From positions 1-49,670 of the forward strand of contig JAPEUI010000116.1 of assembly GCA_026025075.1 (NCBI GenBank): a DNA stretch of 49,670 nucleotides, given 5' to 3'. Positions 22,618 through 33,169 of this stretch are shown here, piece by piece; the stretch's first letter is position 1, and each line of letters starts with the position of its first letter. Origin of the DNA: Vezdaea acicularis (lineage: Eukaryota). Made by a program: the position numbers and the translations under genes. The notes beneath the pieces were generated by a model, which was not told the origin of the DNA, did not search any database, and was given only the letters and a program-made list of their open reading frames with translations.

Positions 22618-24396
22618 TTAATTTATCGCTTCGTTAAGGTTCTGACTTATATACGCTCGATCCTCTGCATCTGCCTTGCTTAGTGTCTGAGCCTCTTCCC
22701 ATATCTCAGAGACCCTTGCCTTAGTTGATACTTTCTGAAAAGCTCTAAGCGCCCAGATAATCATCCATCTGCCCATGTGGACATTACTTTGCTCGGATTT
22801 AATAGCTTCTAGTAATGCAGACCAGACGCTATCCAACGCCCCCTTCGTCCACAGAGTATATCGGATGCCGCCATGGACTGTAAAACCTCTGAATATCAAC
22901 AAAAACATTATACCATGCAAAGAGATGTTGTAGTATGGCATTTCGTTTAGTAGAGATGCCACCCGCTCGATTTCACCCGATTCCAGACAGTGATAATTTA
23001 TCAAAGTGCGGTAAGTACGGAGATCCGGCGCAATAGGAGCTGAGCCCTGAATTATTTGATGATGGGCCCTATCGCTTCGCGCAATTCTTGTCATCCGTGA
23101 TAATGTACGTCCTAGAAATCGGGCCTCTCGCCAATCTTGAGGAGGAAGCTTTTGATGGGTGCTCTGAGCATGCAGTTTCTTCATACGTTCGTAGACCTGC
23201 TCAGCGGCTGTTGCCTCGCCACTTTTTAGCAATGCTCCTATGACAGCATTCATAACGGTCGTGTCTACGATTTCGCCTGCTTCTACTAGCTCCTTGTATG
23301 CTGTTCGGACGCTATCTCCGTCTCCTCGAAGGCCATGATAGTAGATTTGAGAAACATGGCTGTAACGATCCATCCGAAGCCCTCGCGCTTCCATCTCTTC
23401 CCGTACCATGTCAGCAAGAGCAAATCTTCCGGCCTTGATGGATATATCGAATAAGATGTTGAACGTCACTTCACTGCCGCGAATACCAGCCGTAGATTCC
23501 ATCTCTTTCCAGAGGTGCAATGCAGATTCAACTTGATCATCCCTGATGTTATAAAGAAATTGTCCAGCAAATGCAATTGCACTGTTCCATTCTCCCTCGA
23601 ATATTGAGACACTCGCGTTCCTCATATCTTCAATGATTGACAAGAAACGTAACATCGATGCCTCTGACTTTCGCTCTACCACGGACAGTTGGGAGAGAAG
23701 CTTCCCGAGATTCTTACGCCGTAGGTATGGCGCACGTGGTTCGGGTAAATCCTTATATAATGAAAACAACTCCTCGTGACCTGTATTTCCATTTCTGATT
23801 GCGCCCTCCAGTCTCTCGATTGCTCTCATCTCTCCAATGTCCCTAGGAATCCATTTCAGAAGTTGTTGGGTGCCCGGTGGTAAAGTTTCAAAGCCCTGAG
23901 GTGGATTGGTCGCACATCTGGGCTGCTCTGCCAATTGATGGAACTCTGTGGGGGAAGGCTCGTTGCCGTAAAAGTCGACTAAATCGATGTAATCCCTTCG
24001 CGTTGCAGCTGTAAATAGCTTTGATGCATTCCGCTTTACTCCAGAATCTTTGTTCAGGCCCTGAGAGTCATTTCGGCGAGACATCGCTGAGTGTATATGT
24101 GAATAATTTCTGCAATCTCGAAGTCGACATCTTAGATGATTGAAGGACCTCTCTGATCGATTGGCATGATCCTTGCAGAAGCCTGCTTTAAGCAATAGTC
24201 CAACGAACAAGTCATCAACCTGCAGAATATTCCGATTTGAAGCTTGAGTGAGATTTCGACGTTGAGCGGTTGCATGTCCATGCCGCGCCTGCTTGTTTGA
24301 GGATCGTGGGGAAATAGTCGCAAAGATTGGACGAGAGCCTATCTTTGCGACAACGGAGCTGCTCGTCGATCTTTCGACTGCACAAAACAAGGACAT
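22618..24396 (-). CDS. pentatricopeptide-repeat (PPR) protein, probably mitochondrial
   Basis: Intronless 592-aa ORF; helical repeats such as WNSAIAFA..., EVTFNILFDISIKAGRFALADMVREEME, TTVMNAVIGALLKSGEATAAEQVYERMK, PDLRTYRTLINYHC; basic Ser-rich N-terminus. Confidence 0.85.
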   Translation of the reverse strand: MSLFCAVERSTSSSVVAKIGSRPIFATISPRSSNKQARHGHATAQRRNLTQASNRNILQVDDLFVGLLLKAGFCKDHANRSERSFNHLRCRLRDCRNYSHIHSAMSRRNDSQGLNKDSGVKRNASKLFTAATRRDYIDLVDFYGNEPSPTEFHQLAEQPRCATNPPQGFETLPPGTQQLLKWIPRDIGEMRAIERLEGAIRNGNTGHEELFSLYKDLPEPRAPYLRRKNLGKLLSQLSVVERKSEASMLRFLSIIEDMRNASVSIFEGEWNSAIAFAGQFLYNIRDDQVESALHLWKEMESTAGIRGSEVTFNILFDISIKAGRFALADMVREEMEARGLRMDRYSHVSQIYYHGLRGDGDSVRTAYKELVEAGEIVDTTVMNAVIGALLKSGEATAAEQVYERMKKLHAQSTHQKLPPQDWREARFLGRTLSRMTRIARSDRAHHQIIQGSAPIAPDLRTYRTLINYHCLESGEIERVASLLNEMPYYNISLHGIMFLLIFRGFTVHGGIRYTLWTKGALDSVWSALLEAIKSEQSNVHMGRWMIIWALRAFQKVSTKARVSEIWEEAQTLSKADAEDRAYISQNLNEAIN

Positions 24397-24685
24397 GAGA
24401 TTTCGAGCATGTTTTCGAAGAGACAGTTATGGCGACCGCATTCTTGAGAACTTGGGGAATTGTATCATGCGAAGATTATGAGAGGTTGTTGGTCGGGTTG
24501 CCTTCAATGTGCCGAGCACTCAATCACGGGCCTTAGCTTGCGACATCCCTGCCAAAAATCTACTCCATCTATCTTCACGTCCGAGCGCAACGACTAACTC
24601 GATAAATCCACGGATTTACGCTCACCCTTTTTATACTCAACCATGATGGATTTAACTTTCAAACGAAGTTTTTAGCACCTCCAAC
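24397..24685. promoter_or_regulatory. 289-bp divergent promoter region between the PPR gene and RSM25
   Basis: Head-to-head ATGs at 24396(-) and 24686(+). Confidence 0.6.
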
Positions 24686-25527
24686 ATGGGTCGGTACAAC
24701 TTTAGGGCACAACGCGTTCGAGAAGGGGCGGCGCGATTAGCGCAAGCATCATCTACATCAAGTAGTTTGAAATCCCTGCCACCAACCATTCCGCCATGGT
24801 TTGAGGTCATGGGAAGGATACCACCGGCCCAAACTGTTGTTCGAACACAGCCAATCCGACATCAGCCAGCCCTCGAAGCGCCGAACTCTCGGAGGCCGAG
24901 CAGAGCTTTTATTCCTCATCAAATTAAGTATGAGGAGGATAAGCTTCGGAAGCATTTCTTCCAAGACCACCCATGGGAGCTCGCCAGACCAACGGTAGTA
25001 TTGGAAAATGATGGTACAAACAACCAGAACTATGATTGGAGTCACTTGCGCCAACCTGGGCATAGAATCGATGGGGAGAGGTAAGCGACTTTATGGATCC
25101 TGAGCCCTTCCGCACCAGAGCTTGTTGGCTTATTATCATCAGTGTCATTCAACGTCAACTGTGGCTTATCAATAATCAACCTGACATGACACCTGCAAAA
25201 GCTTACGATCAAGCGCGGAAAGAATTCTACATATTCCGCCTCCAGGAGGACGTCGAACGCAATGTTGCAGAAGAGGAGGCCCTTGCTACGGGTGCTTACT
25301 TTGGACCGTCATATCTAGAGATCGGCATGAAGATTGAGGATCGATCGTATGAGTCTTGGAGGGTATGGGCTGCAAGAGAGGTGCAGAAAGTTGATCAACG
25401 GAAATCTGCAGCTACCATTGGCAGCGGAGATGATACTCCAGACGACGAATTGAGTGCTATGGATCAAGACGTGGTACCAGACGATCTAGATGATGTTGCG
25501 GTAGTTCCTGGGGTACCGGCGCAATGA
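24686..25527 (+). CDS. RSM25: mitochondrial small-subunit ribosomal protein mS23
   Basis: Intron 25081-25142. Motifs [65 protein letters not shown]. Confidence 0.92.
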
Positions 25528-26353
25528 TACCACTGAATATGAATGTTTAAAGCATCAGCGCTAGTCATAATCATAGATCTAATTCAGAGAGGTTTGATAA
25601 GGTGCCTGAGAGTTAGGAGTAAGCACGAAGCCAATGGTTGTTTTATTTATCAAGATGGCCGCCAAAGGGGTCTTGGTCTGTATGGACGGGAAAATAAGGC
25701 AGGTGAGAAAAGGCAAAAAATTGGAAAGGTCTAATTTGAGATCATCTCATGAGAGAACTTGGTTGCGTTGGAAACTGTGGTGCTCGTTTGGTGCTATGAT
25801 TTGGATCGATGCTCTTTGCGATTTGATGACCTCTAGGCTAATTTCAAAGAGTAGATCGCTCATTGGATGATTTCTGGAAGTATTCACAGCTCATACAGCT
25901 TGTATTATGTCTTATGGAGATAGTTCAGGGACGTCCGAACGATCCTCGTTTTCTCTCTTCAATAAAATAGTCGAATATGTGTTGTGCGCTCCTAATGCAG
26001 GAACGGATGATCCATTCGGCCACGCTAACTTAAAGGGCTTTAGACGAGCCACCGAATCCCGCATCCACATCCTCCCTTGTGACTGCACAGACACCCGGAA
26101 GAATCACAACCACTTCTTCTCCAATCACCTCTGAATACTTCACCGTCATCATGATCTTCTCCTATCTTCTACCAACTAGGTCCAAGTGATCACTGTTGAG
26201 GCGTCCTCCAGTGGAGGGCGCGTGTTTTTCTGACCCCTTACATTGCCCTCCTCCCCTAGCTCCTGGCCCCTCGCAAATATAACAGCGACCCCAGGCGGGC
26301 CGTATTCGCACCATAGTTCAATGCTGAGCATCTTTACTTCCCTCTAGCTAGTG

Positions 26354-29300
26354 ATGGAAGGCTATTCCAACAATGCCTTAGCGCAAACCTATCAGTATCC
26401 GCCTTCAAACCACGCCGTGAAGCGGATGCCTCCACCAATAGACCACTCATCTAGGCACAATCCTCAATCTTCATACACCTCGTCGCAATCGCGAACCGTC
26501 CGCTATGCCCCCCCGCAACATCTAACAAGCCAAAATCCGCCAATATCGGGAGGTCAAGCTATTGCGCTAATTCAGGATGCAGTGTCCAGGGCTCAGGAAG
26601 AGGAGGAGCGATTGATAGGAGGCTCGGGGGCAGCTGAGGGTGGTCCTATGCCTGGCCTAACAATAGAACTCACCCACAAGAATATTCAAAGGTTGCCAGA
26701 GGAGATAGTTGACATCATAAAGGATAATGTGGAAAGGTGAGTAATTCATTAGTTCCCGTATGATTACTCTATAAAAGTTTGGTCTGCTGGGTCCAATAGT
26801 CCCCCCCTCCCCAGCTCTGCGCTTCTATCATACTGAGCACTAACAAATACTGCTCTAGGCTAGCATTGCACCAGAATCAGATATGCGATTTTCCTGGCAG
26901 GTTCGCTGAATGCTCCAGACTTCGCTATTTAAACCTGCGATCCAACTTGCTGCGCGAGTTCCCACCACCTGTAAGGAGACTCGTCTCGTAAGGAAAGTCC
27001 TGCTCTATGCTCTGAATTAACATCTTCTTTGTCTTCTAGATATGCCAATTGTCTCATCTTGAGATTCTCGATATGCGAGGAAACAAGCTGAAGACCTTGC
27101 CGGAAGACATCTCGAAAATGACATCGTTAAACGTAAAGACACCAATTCCAATATCAGTGATAACACCATTTCTGATTACTTCATACAGGTTTTCTCCATT
27201 CAAAAGAATCGCCTTGAAAGTTTACCCGTTTGCTTTGGTCAAATGAATGCATTACAAGTAGTGAAGCTCGATGGGAACCCCATTAATTTTCCGCCCAAAG
27301 AATACATAACTTTGGAGCCTGGAGAAGTAAATGAAAGAATGAACGAGAACGAGAGAGACACTCTGATCACTACTAAATTCAAGAGGTTCTTAAAGCAGCA
27401 TCTCATGCCTGAGAAGCTTGAAGTTGACTCTGGAGGAGAGTTGAGGTAGAAGTGACCACCTGTCAGACCTACTACCATGCTGACCACCAACCTCAGTAAT
27501 CACAGTAACGAGGGCTCTGTTGAAAGTTTTAAGCCCCTGAAACGAGTTGCCAGCGGCCGCTTTCCCGTCAAAGTGAACACCAGCGGATCGGATTCGGCAG
27601 GCGATGCGAGATCTCCTGCTGTACCGCCAATACCAACAAATGTGTCACACAACCACTATCGGGATCTCTCACAGCACAATGCTGCCTTGCGCCGACCTTC
27701 ATTATCAACGCATGGAACCAATAATGAGCGAAATCGGAGCAATAGCGAGAGCGTTCTACAAGCTACCCGCAACAAACGTATGGGTATTGTGTCGCGAAAG
27801 ACTTCTGACCTGGGTACCGTGGACGAGACTAGATCCATTCGCAACAGTCATCTTCGAGGCCTGAGTTACAGTTCAGGGATGCATGCCAAATCTAGTCGTA
27901 AGTCGCAGCATGAGCGTGAGATCAGCCTCCTTGATAGACATCCAAGCATTGGCCAACAAAGGAAAGGAAGCTACCTTCTACAAGCAACTGCTGCTACAGC
28001 ACCTAAGCCCTCGCTGAGGCCATCCAGTGCTATGGTAAACGGAGCAAAAAATCTATTTTTTGCCTTGTCTGAAGTAAACCCAGTCATACTTAACCTTACT
28101 ATATTAGTAAAGGAGAGTACGGGCAAAGAAAGCAATCTGGAACGGGTATTCTACACCGCAGGAGCGCAGTTTGATGCCCTTGATCGAGAACTTTATCGTT
28201 TCAGCACTTATGCTGATGGGAAAAGTGAGGAAGACCTCCGAAGAGCCAATGACAACCTTCAGCAAGCTTGCTTTACGTGCGCTTCTGCATACTTCCACGT
28301 GGCTGAGTCTCTGAAGGAGCAAAGCAAAGCGATTATAATGAACGCTGATGAGCGCTTTGTGCGTTCAGTGATGCATAGATTCTTTGGGAGCTTGGTTGAG
28401 ATTTCCAACGCTTGTTTGAGCATCGCAGGGCCGACCGTTGATGAAGTAACGAACCTTGAAGCGCCTTCGAATGGTGTACAACGAGATCCAGCTCTTACAC
28501 CAACTCGCGATAATCAAATCAAGAGCTCGAGGACTCGGAGTGATACAATTATCAACCATGGCCATCAAAATAAACCAAGTATTGACATTGCTCCTTCCCG
28601 CGCTCCCATTCCTTTGAAGCTTGCTCCCTTTGCTGGAAATGAACCACCGAGCAGTGCTGAGTATCTTCCACTTCCATTTACACCCTTTGGACAAGCCTCG
28701 AGGAGTAACGCAATGCAAAGCATCGACGAGACAGCCGCGTCATCAATGCCTACTAGGAACAATATTTCGCAAGTGGTAGACTTCAGAATGGAGGAGCAAC
28801 TTTTCGAGAAGATATACTTGAAGCTTGGTCATTGCTGTGATCTTGTTGCATCACAGCTTCCTTCCGTCAACAATTGGTTCTCAAAGGTTATAGACATGTG
28901 CCAGAAACCAGACACGCCTCCGGATGTAAAGGCTTTGTGGGTCAAAGCGAATCAAAAGTGTGTTTTGACCCGTAACACGAGCGATCGTCTGAAGCATCGA
29001 CTTTCGATGTTCAAGTTGGATGATCCTGATCCAAGCTTCCGACATCAAAAGGACTTCTGGCAGCTTTGCCGCTCATTTCTTGATGTAAGTTCTTGTCAGT
29101 TTCTATAATCAAACACGCTGCCGTTGGGATCTTGGAGTCCATTTATATTGACTATCCATAGGCTTTTGTTGAAATGGGTATGCTTGTTAAAGAAGCAAAA
29201 AGTCATGCACTCCTCCCAGGCAGTTTGGTAACCACTCTTCGTCCTGTACAGAAGGCCATCAAGGATGTGACTCATCAAATTCATCACTCACCATGGAAAG

Positions 29301-29737
29301 ATTTGGCTGAACCTTCAACCCCTTATTTACCACATACCCCCTCCCTTCCCGTCCCGCCTCAATCTCTCCAGACAAGTTTCACAAATGCCTCTGACAGCTT
29401 TGGTACCATGGGCCTGAGTGCTGCTACTCCTGTTACTTCGCCTCCACCAAGCTCAGCAACGTCCACAATAGAAAATCCAGCGAGCCTTATGACAGGTCCA
29501 CTAGGAGCTAGTTCTCAGGTCACAATGTCCACTACAACAGGCGCCTCCGTTTCGTCGATGTCAACAACTGCTCCCGTAGCCTCGAAACCCCTTACAGGGA
29601 TTAACATATGGGAACGTGCGGATAGCTATCTCAACAGTCAAGGAAAAAATGCCAACTCAACAGGAACTGAGAAATATGGTGCAAGTGCAGGAGGAAGATT
29701 TCACGGGAGATTTGGCGATAGTGGGAATGCTCGCTGA
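26354..29737 (+). CDS. SOG2: RAM/MOR network leucine-rich-repeat protein Sog2
   Basis: Introns 26737-26858, 26971-27039, 27133-27188, 27446-27496, 29085-29161. N-terminal LRRs (RLALHQNQI, LRYLNLRSNLL, LEILDMRGNKL, LQVVKLDGNPINFPP), then SGRFPV, RNRSNSES, NKRMG, HLRGLS, LERVFY, FWQLC segments typical of fungal Sog2. Confidence 0.88.
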
Positions 29738-29896
29738 ACAATGTATTATTACGATTGCGCATCAGCACCTTGTTACATTGCTTGTTGCATATGGATGGAA
29801 GAGGATGGGAAGCATAGGCACGGAGTTTGCCGGCAATGAGTAACGAACGGAAGACATTTCACAATCTCCATCTGGTTTATTAGACGCTAGCTCGGC

Positions 29897-30562
29897 CTAG
29901 TCAACAGCCACATTTTGAAAGGCTTGTAAGCTGTCCTCAGTCTCTTCAATCACAGACTGTGCCTCGGCATCCTCGAATGTTAGCTTTGTGCCGTATGAAA
30001 TGCCTAGAGAGCGTTGAATATGGGCTTGAGGAATACTTAGTATGCTGGGACATACATAGCTCTTCCCCTTTGCACACGTTCCTCAAGGTAATATATCTCA
30101 CAAGCATGCGTTGCACGTCGCGCTCCCAACCTACATTCTGACCTGGTCCGGAGTGATTGAACACGGAGCCAAGTCCTAAGACAATGGCCTGCGTTGTGAC
30201 GATCTTGCCAGTTTCATAGTGCATGATTGGCCAATTGCTGACAACATAGTCAGCATATCGACAAGATTTCGTGAACGAGTGCTATCTCACTGACTAGGTA
30301 TAGTGGTTCAGTTTTGTATGCCTGACATGATTTTCGACATCTTGAGGTTCCAACACGAGAACCGGGCATACTTCAATCAGTGATCTGGAAGGAATGTCTC
30401 TGCCTGCAAATACGCCTCGACCTATACTTCATGTGAGCCCATCAACATTATACGAAATTGTATATGAGACTACTCAAGGACTAGCTTAGAACCTTTTGGT
30501 GTATGTAGAATTAAGAGGAGATCTGAACTCCTCGAGAGCGGAACTCCAGCCCTGAGATCCAT
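29897..30562 (-). CDS. small single-domain SET lysine methyltransferase, S. pombe Set7-like (about 160 aa)
   Basis: Introns 30492-30422 (weak GTTCTA donor), 30294-30238, 30055-30004. Motifs KGRGVFA, IEVCPVLVL, HYTYNW, LGLGSVFNHS, GEELCISYG. Confidence 0.88.
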
Positions 30563-30766
30563 GAAGATATTGTGTATGTGTCACGAATGAAAGAAAGTTT
30601 GGAGTGACAGCTTCTAGCGAAGCCGAGATCGCGATTCATTTACAGCGCACCATAGAAAAGCAGTCTATGTAACGACAGTGAACCAAAGCATGTGACTTTT
30701 ACGTTCTTGAGTAAAGAGTGTCCAGGAATGTTCCCCTCCGTCTGAGCTGCCTGCCCTCACCGTGTC
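30563..30766. promoter_or_regulatory. 204-bp divergent promoter region between the SET gene and TRAPPC13
   Basis: Head-to-head ATGs at 30562(-) and 30767(+); CATGTGAC at 30689-30696. Confidence 0.6.
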
Positions 30767-31893
30767 ATGGCTCATCAAAGGACCCTATCTACGGTAGAGA
30801 CCACGAAAGAACCGCACAGTGTATCATTGAAGGTCTTACGGTCTGTGATTTCTACATCGAGATGAAGAACAACACCCCTGACCTTTGCTATAGACTTTCG
30901 AGACCGTCGTTCTCATATCGGTTTGGGCTCCCGTCAACGGAGAGTCCAGGACTGCCCGAGATACCTCGGGAGGCAGGCCTCGGCTATCCATCCGCAGATG
31001 TGAACAATGATTTTATACTGACGCCACTACTCACCCTTCCACCAGCGTTCGGTTTGGCTTATGTTGGTGAAACTTTTTCATGCACATTTTGCGCCAACAA
31101 TGAACTCTCATTGGAGGATAAATCAAAATCTGTCAATTCTGTACGCATCATTGGTGAGATACAAACGCCCACCAAAACCGCACCCCTTGAACTTGAGCCT
31201 CCTGAAGGGGACGCAAAAGGAAGCCCGTTAGGGCCTGGAAAATCTTTGCAAAAGGTTGTGAAGCACGAATTGGTCGAAGAAGGCAACCATACTCTGGCCG
31301 TGACCGTCACCTATTCCGAGACTGCTCTGGCTCAGGGTGAAGGGGGGATTTCTCAAGCTATAGGCAGTAAAGTCAGGACATTTAGAAAGCTTTACCAATT
31401 TCTTGCACAGCCGTGTATCGTCATAAGGACCAAAGCAGGAGAACTACCACCCTCCAAGCTGGAGGATGAGAAGGGAAAAAATACATCTGGTCCAAGCTTA
31501 TTACGGTATATTCTCGAGGCCCAACTAGAGAATGTAGGAGAAGGACCTGTGTTGCTTGATGTGCGTATAGGCCTCCTTCAAGCAAGGCTTCAGGCTGACG
31601 TGGTGTAGTCTGTGACATTGATTACTCGGCCTCCACTCAAAGCAACGTCGCTCAATTGGGACGTCCCGTCACCTGGTGGGCCGAAGGAAGCGCCACTCAT
31701 TCATCCGCGAGACATCACACAGGTAGCGTTCCTGATTGAGCAGCAAACAGGAGTTATTGAAGGACTAGACGACTTATTGAAGGAGCATAGAGAGGGGCGT
31801 GCTCTCGTTGGCAGACTTGGCGTTGTATGGCGAGGAGCGATGGGCGACATGGGGACGCTCACAACGAACTGGCTCGGTTCTAAGAGGCGATGA
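30767..31893 (+). CDS. TRAPPC13: TRAPP complex subunit 13 (DUF974) homologue
   Basis: Introns 30841-30893 and 31561-31608. Motifs PHSVSLKVLRLSRPS, LTLPPAFGLAYVGETFSCTFCANNE, HTLAVTVTY, RTFRKLYQF, LEAQLENVG, WRGAMGDMGTLTT. Confidence 0.92.
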
Positions 31894-33169
31894 TGGCCTC
31901 CTGATGACAGAGGAGATAGAAGATATTTACGGCATCTTGTGCATCATCGATCATATGTAAAAGATATGTCGATAGTCGTCCAGGCGCGATAGGGAGGCAG
32001 TGCCGCGTCCGCCGAAATGCACACCCCCCCTGAGCAAGAGCAATTTGCACGGCTAGACTACGACGACCGATAAAAGGTGTGCATAAGCAGTGTGCAAAGG
32101 CGGTACAGCTAATGAAAGGGCGCTTTTGCAATGAGACATGAAAAAGTCAGCGACCGATTTCATAATTATTAAAGGAGACTCGCCAGCCATTCGCTGGAAG
32201 CGACATCTCGTTCCTCTTCCCAGCAAGGTGTGCGGCCTGGACTGAGGTGTCCCGCGGTGGTGGGCCACGGGCAAGCTGACGAAGAACCGCCCCGGACCAA
32301 TCAACGGCCCGGGCCTGACCCCTCCATGCGCATCATCGCTCGTGCGCTGCTCGTGCATTGGACACAAGATCGAGGATGACAACCTGCGATGTGACTGCTT
32401 TGTTTTTCTTGTCTGACAGCTCAGCAACGTCCAGCCTCGGGTCTGGCTGGCACCAGGGGATGTCCGCCCAGCAAAAAGGGTTCGTGGTAAACCATTGCAT
32501 CCTTTTGCATGATACATGCGTCTTCCGTCCTCGTCTTCGCGTCCTGCACTTGCCATCCCACGCAGAATCCCTACGCGAATTTTGACTTTCCTCGATAACA
32601 GGGTTATCACTTGAGGATTTGTTGCTTTGCTTTGCTTGAATCCGCGCCCCGTTTTCAAACGTCTTTGCATTTGAACATACTGCTCCTTGCCGCTGCCAAC
32701 ATAAAAAACATTGAAGCAGCACTCCAGCGACTACACTGTAGCGGGAGGCCAATTATCGACGAGATCGACCCTGCTCGGTTCCCACCCTGGTCATCTCGAC
32801 TGTTAGGTCCGGCGCTGCCAGTAGCTTTGCTATCCAGGATCAAACCGTCCGGACTGAGAGAAGATTGACAGAATCTGAGAACTCCTCACTCAGAGGCCCC
32901 ATGAAGGGTCTTCCGCCACTCGTTCATCACTTGCCCTCCATCACATTCACCGTCTTCGAAAGCGTCAACAACGTCGCGTATTCTCGTTTACGCCCACGAG
33001 CTCCGTGCTACACTGCACCTTTGCCTCGAACGTTTTATCTCAACTGGCTCTTGAGAGCACTTCGCGTCGCAACGTCGCTCTTTGCCTCTCCAATGATCTA
33101 AAGACGGAGAAATCGCCATCAATACAGAGGCCCACCAACGTTCTATAGCGCTCTTAGCCAGCTGTCACC

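Noticed and set aside
26321..26351. Short in-frame uORF with TAG-CTAG context before SOG2
   Set aside because: Better explained as branch point, pyrimidine tract and TAG acceptor of a 5'UTR intron; no way to support readthrough.
30718..30893. ORF-track N-terminus for TRAPPC13 (GTG start at 30718)
   Set aside because: Reads through intron 1 in the wrong frame; ATG 30767 plus intron 30841-30893 restores the conserved HSVSLKVLRLSRPS.
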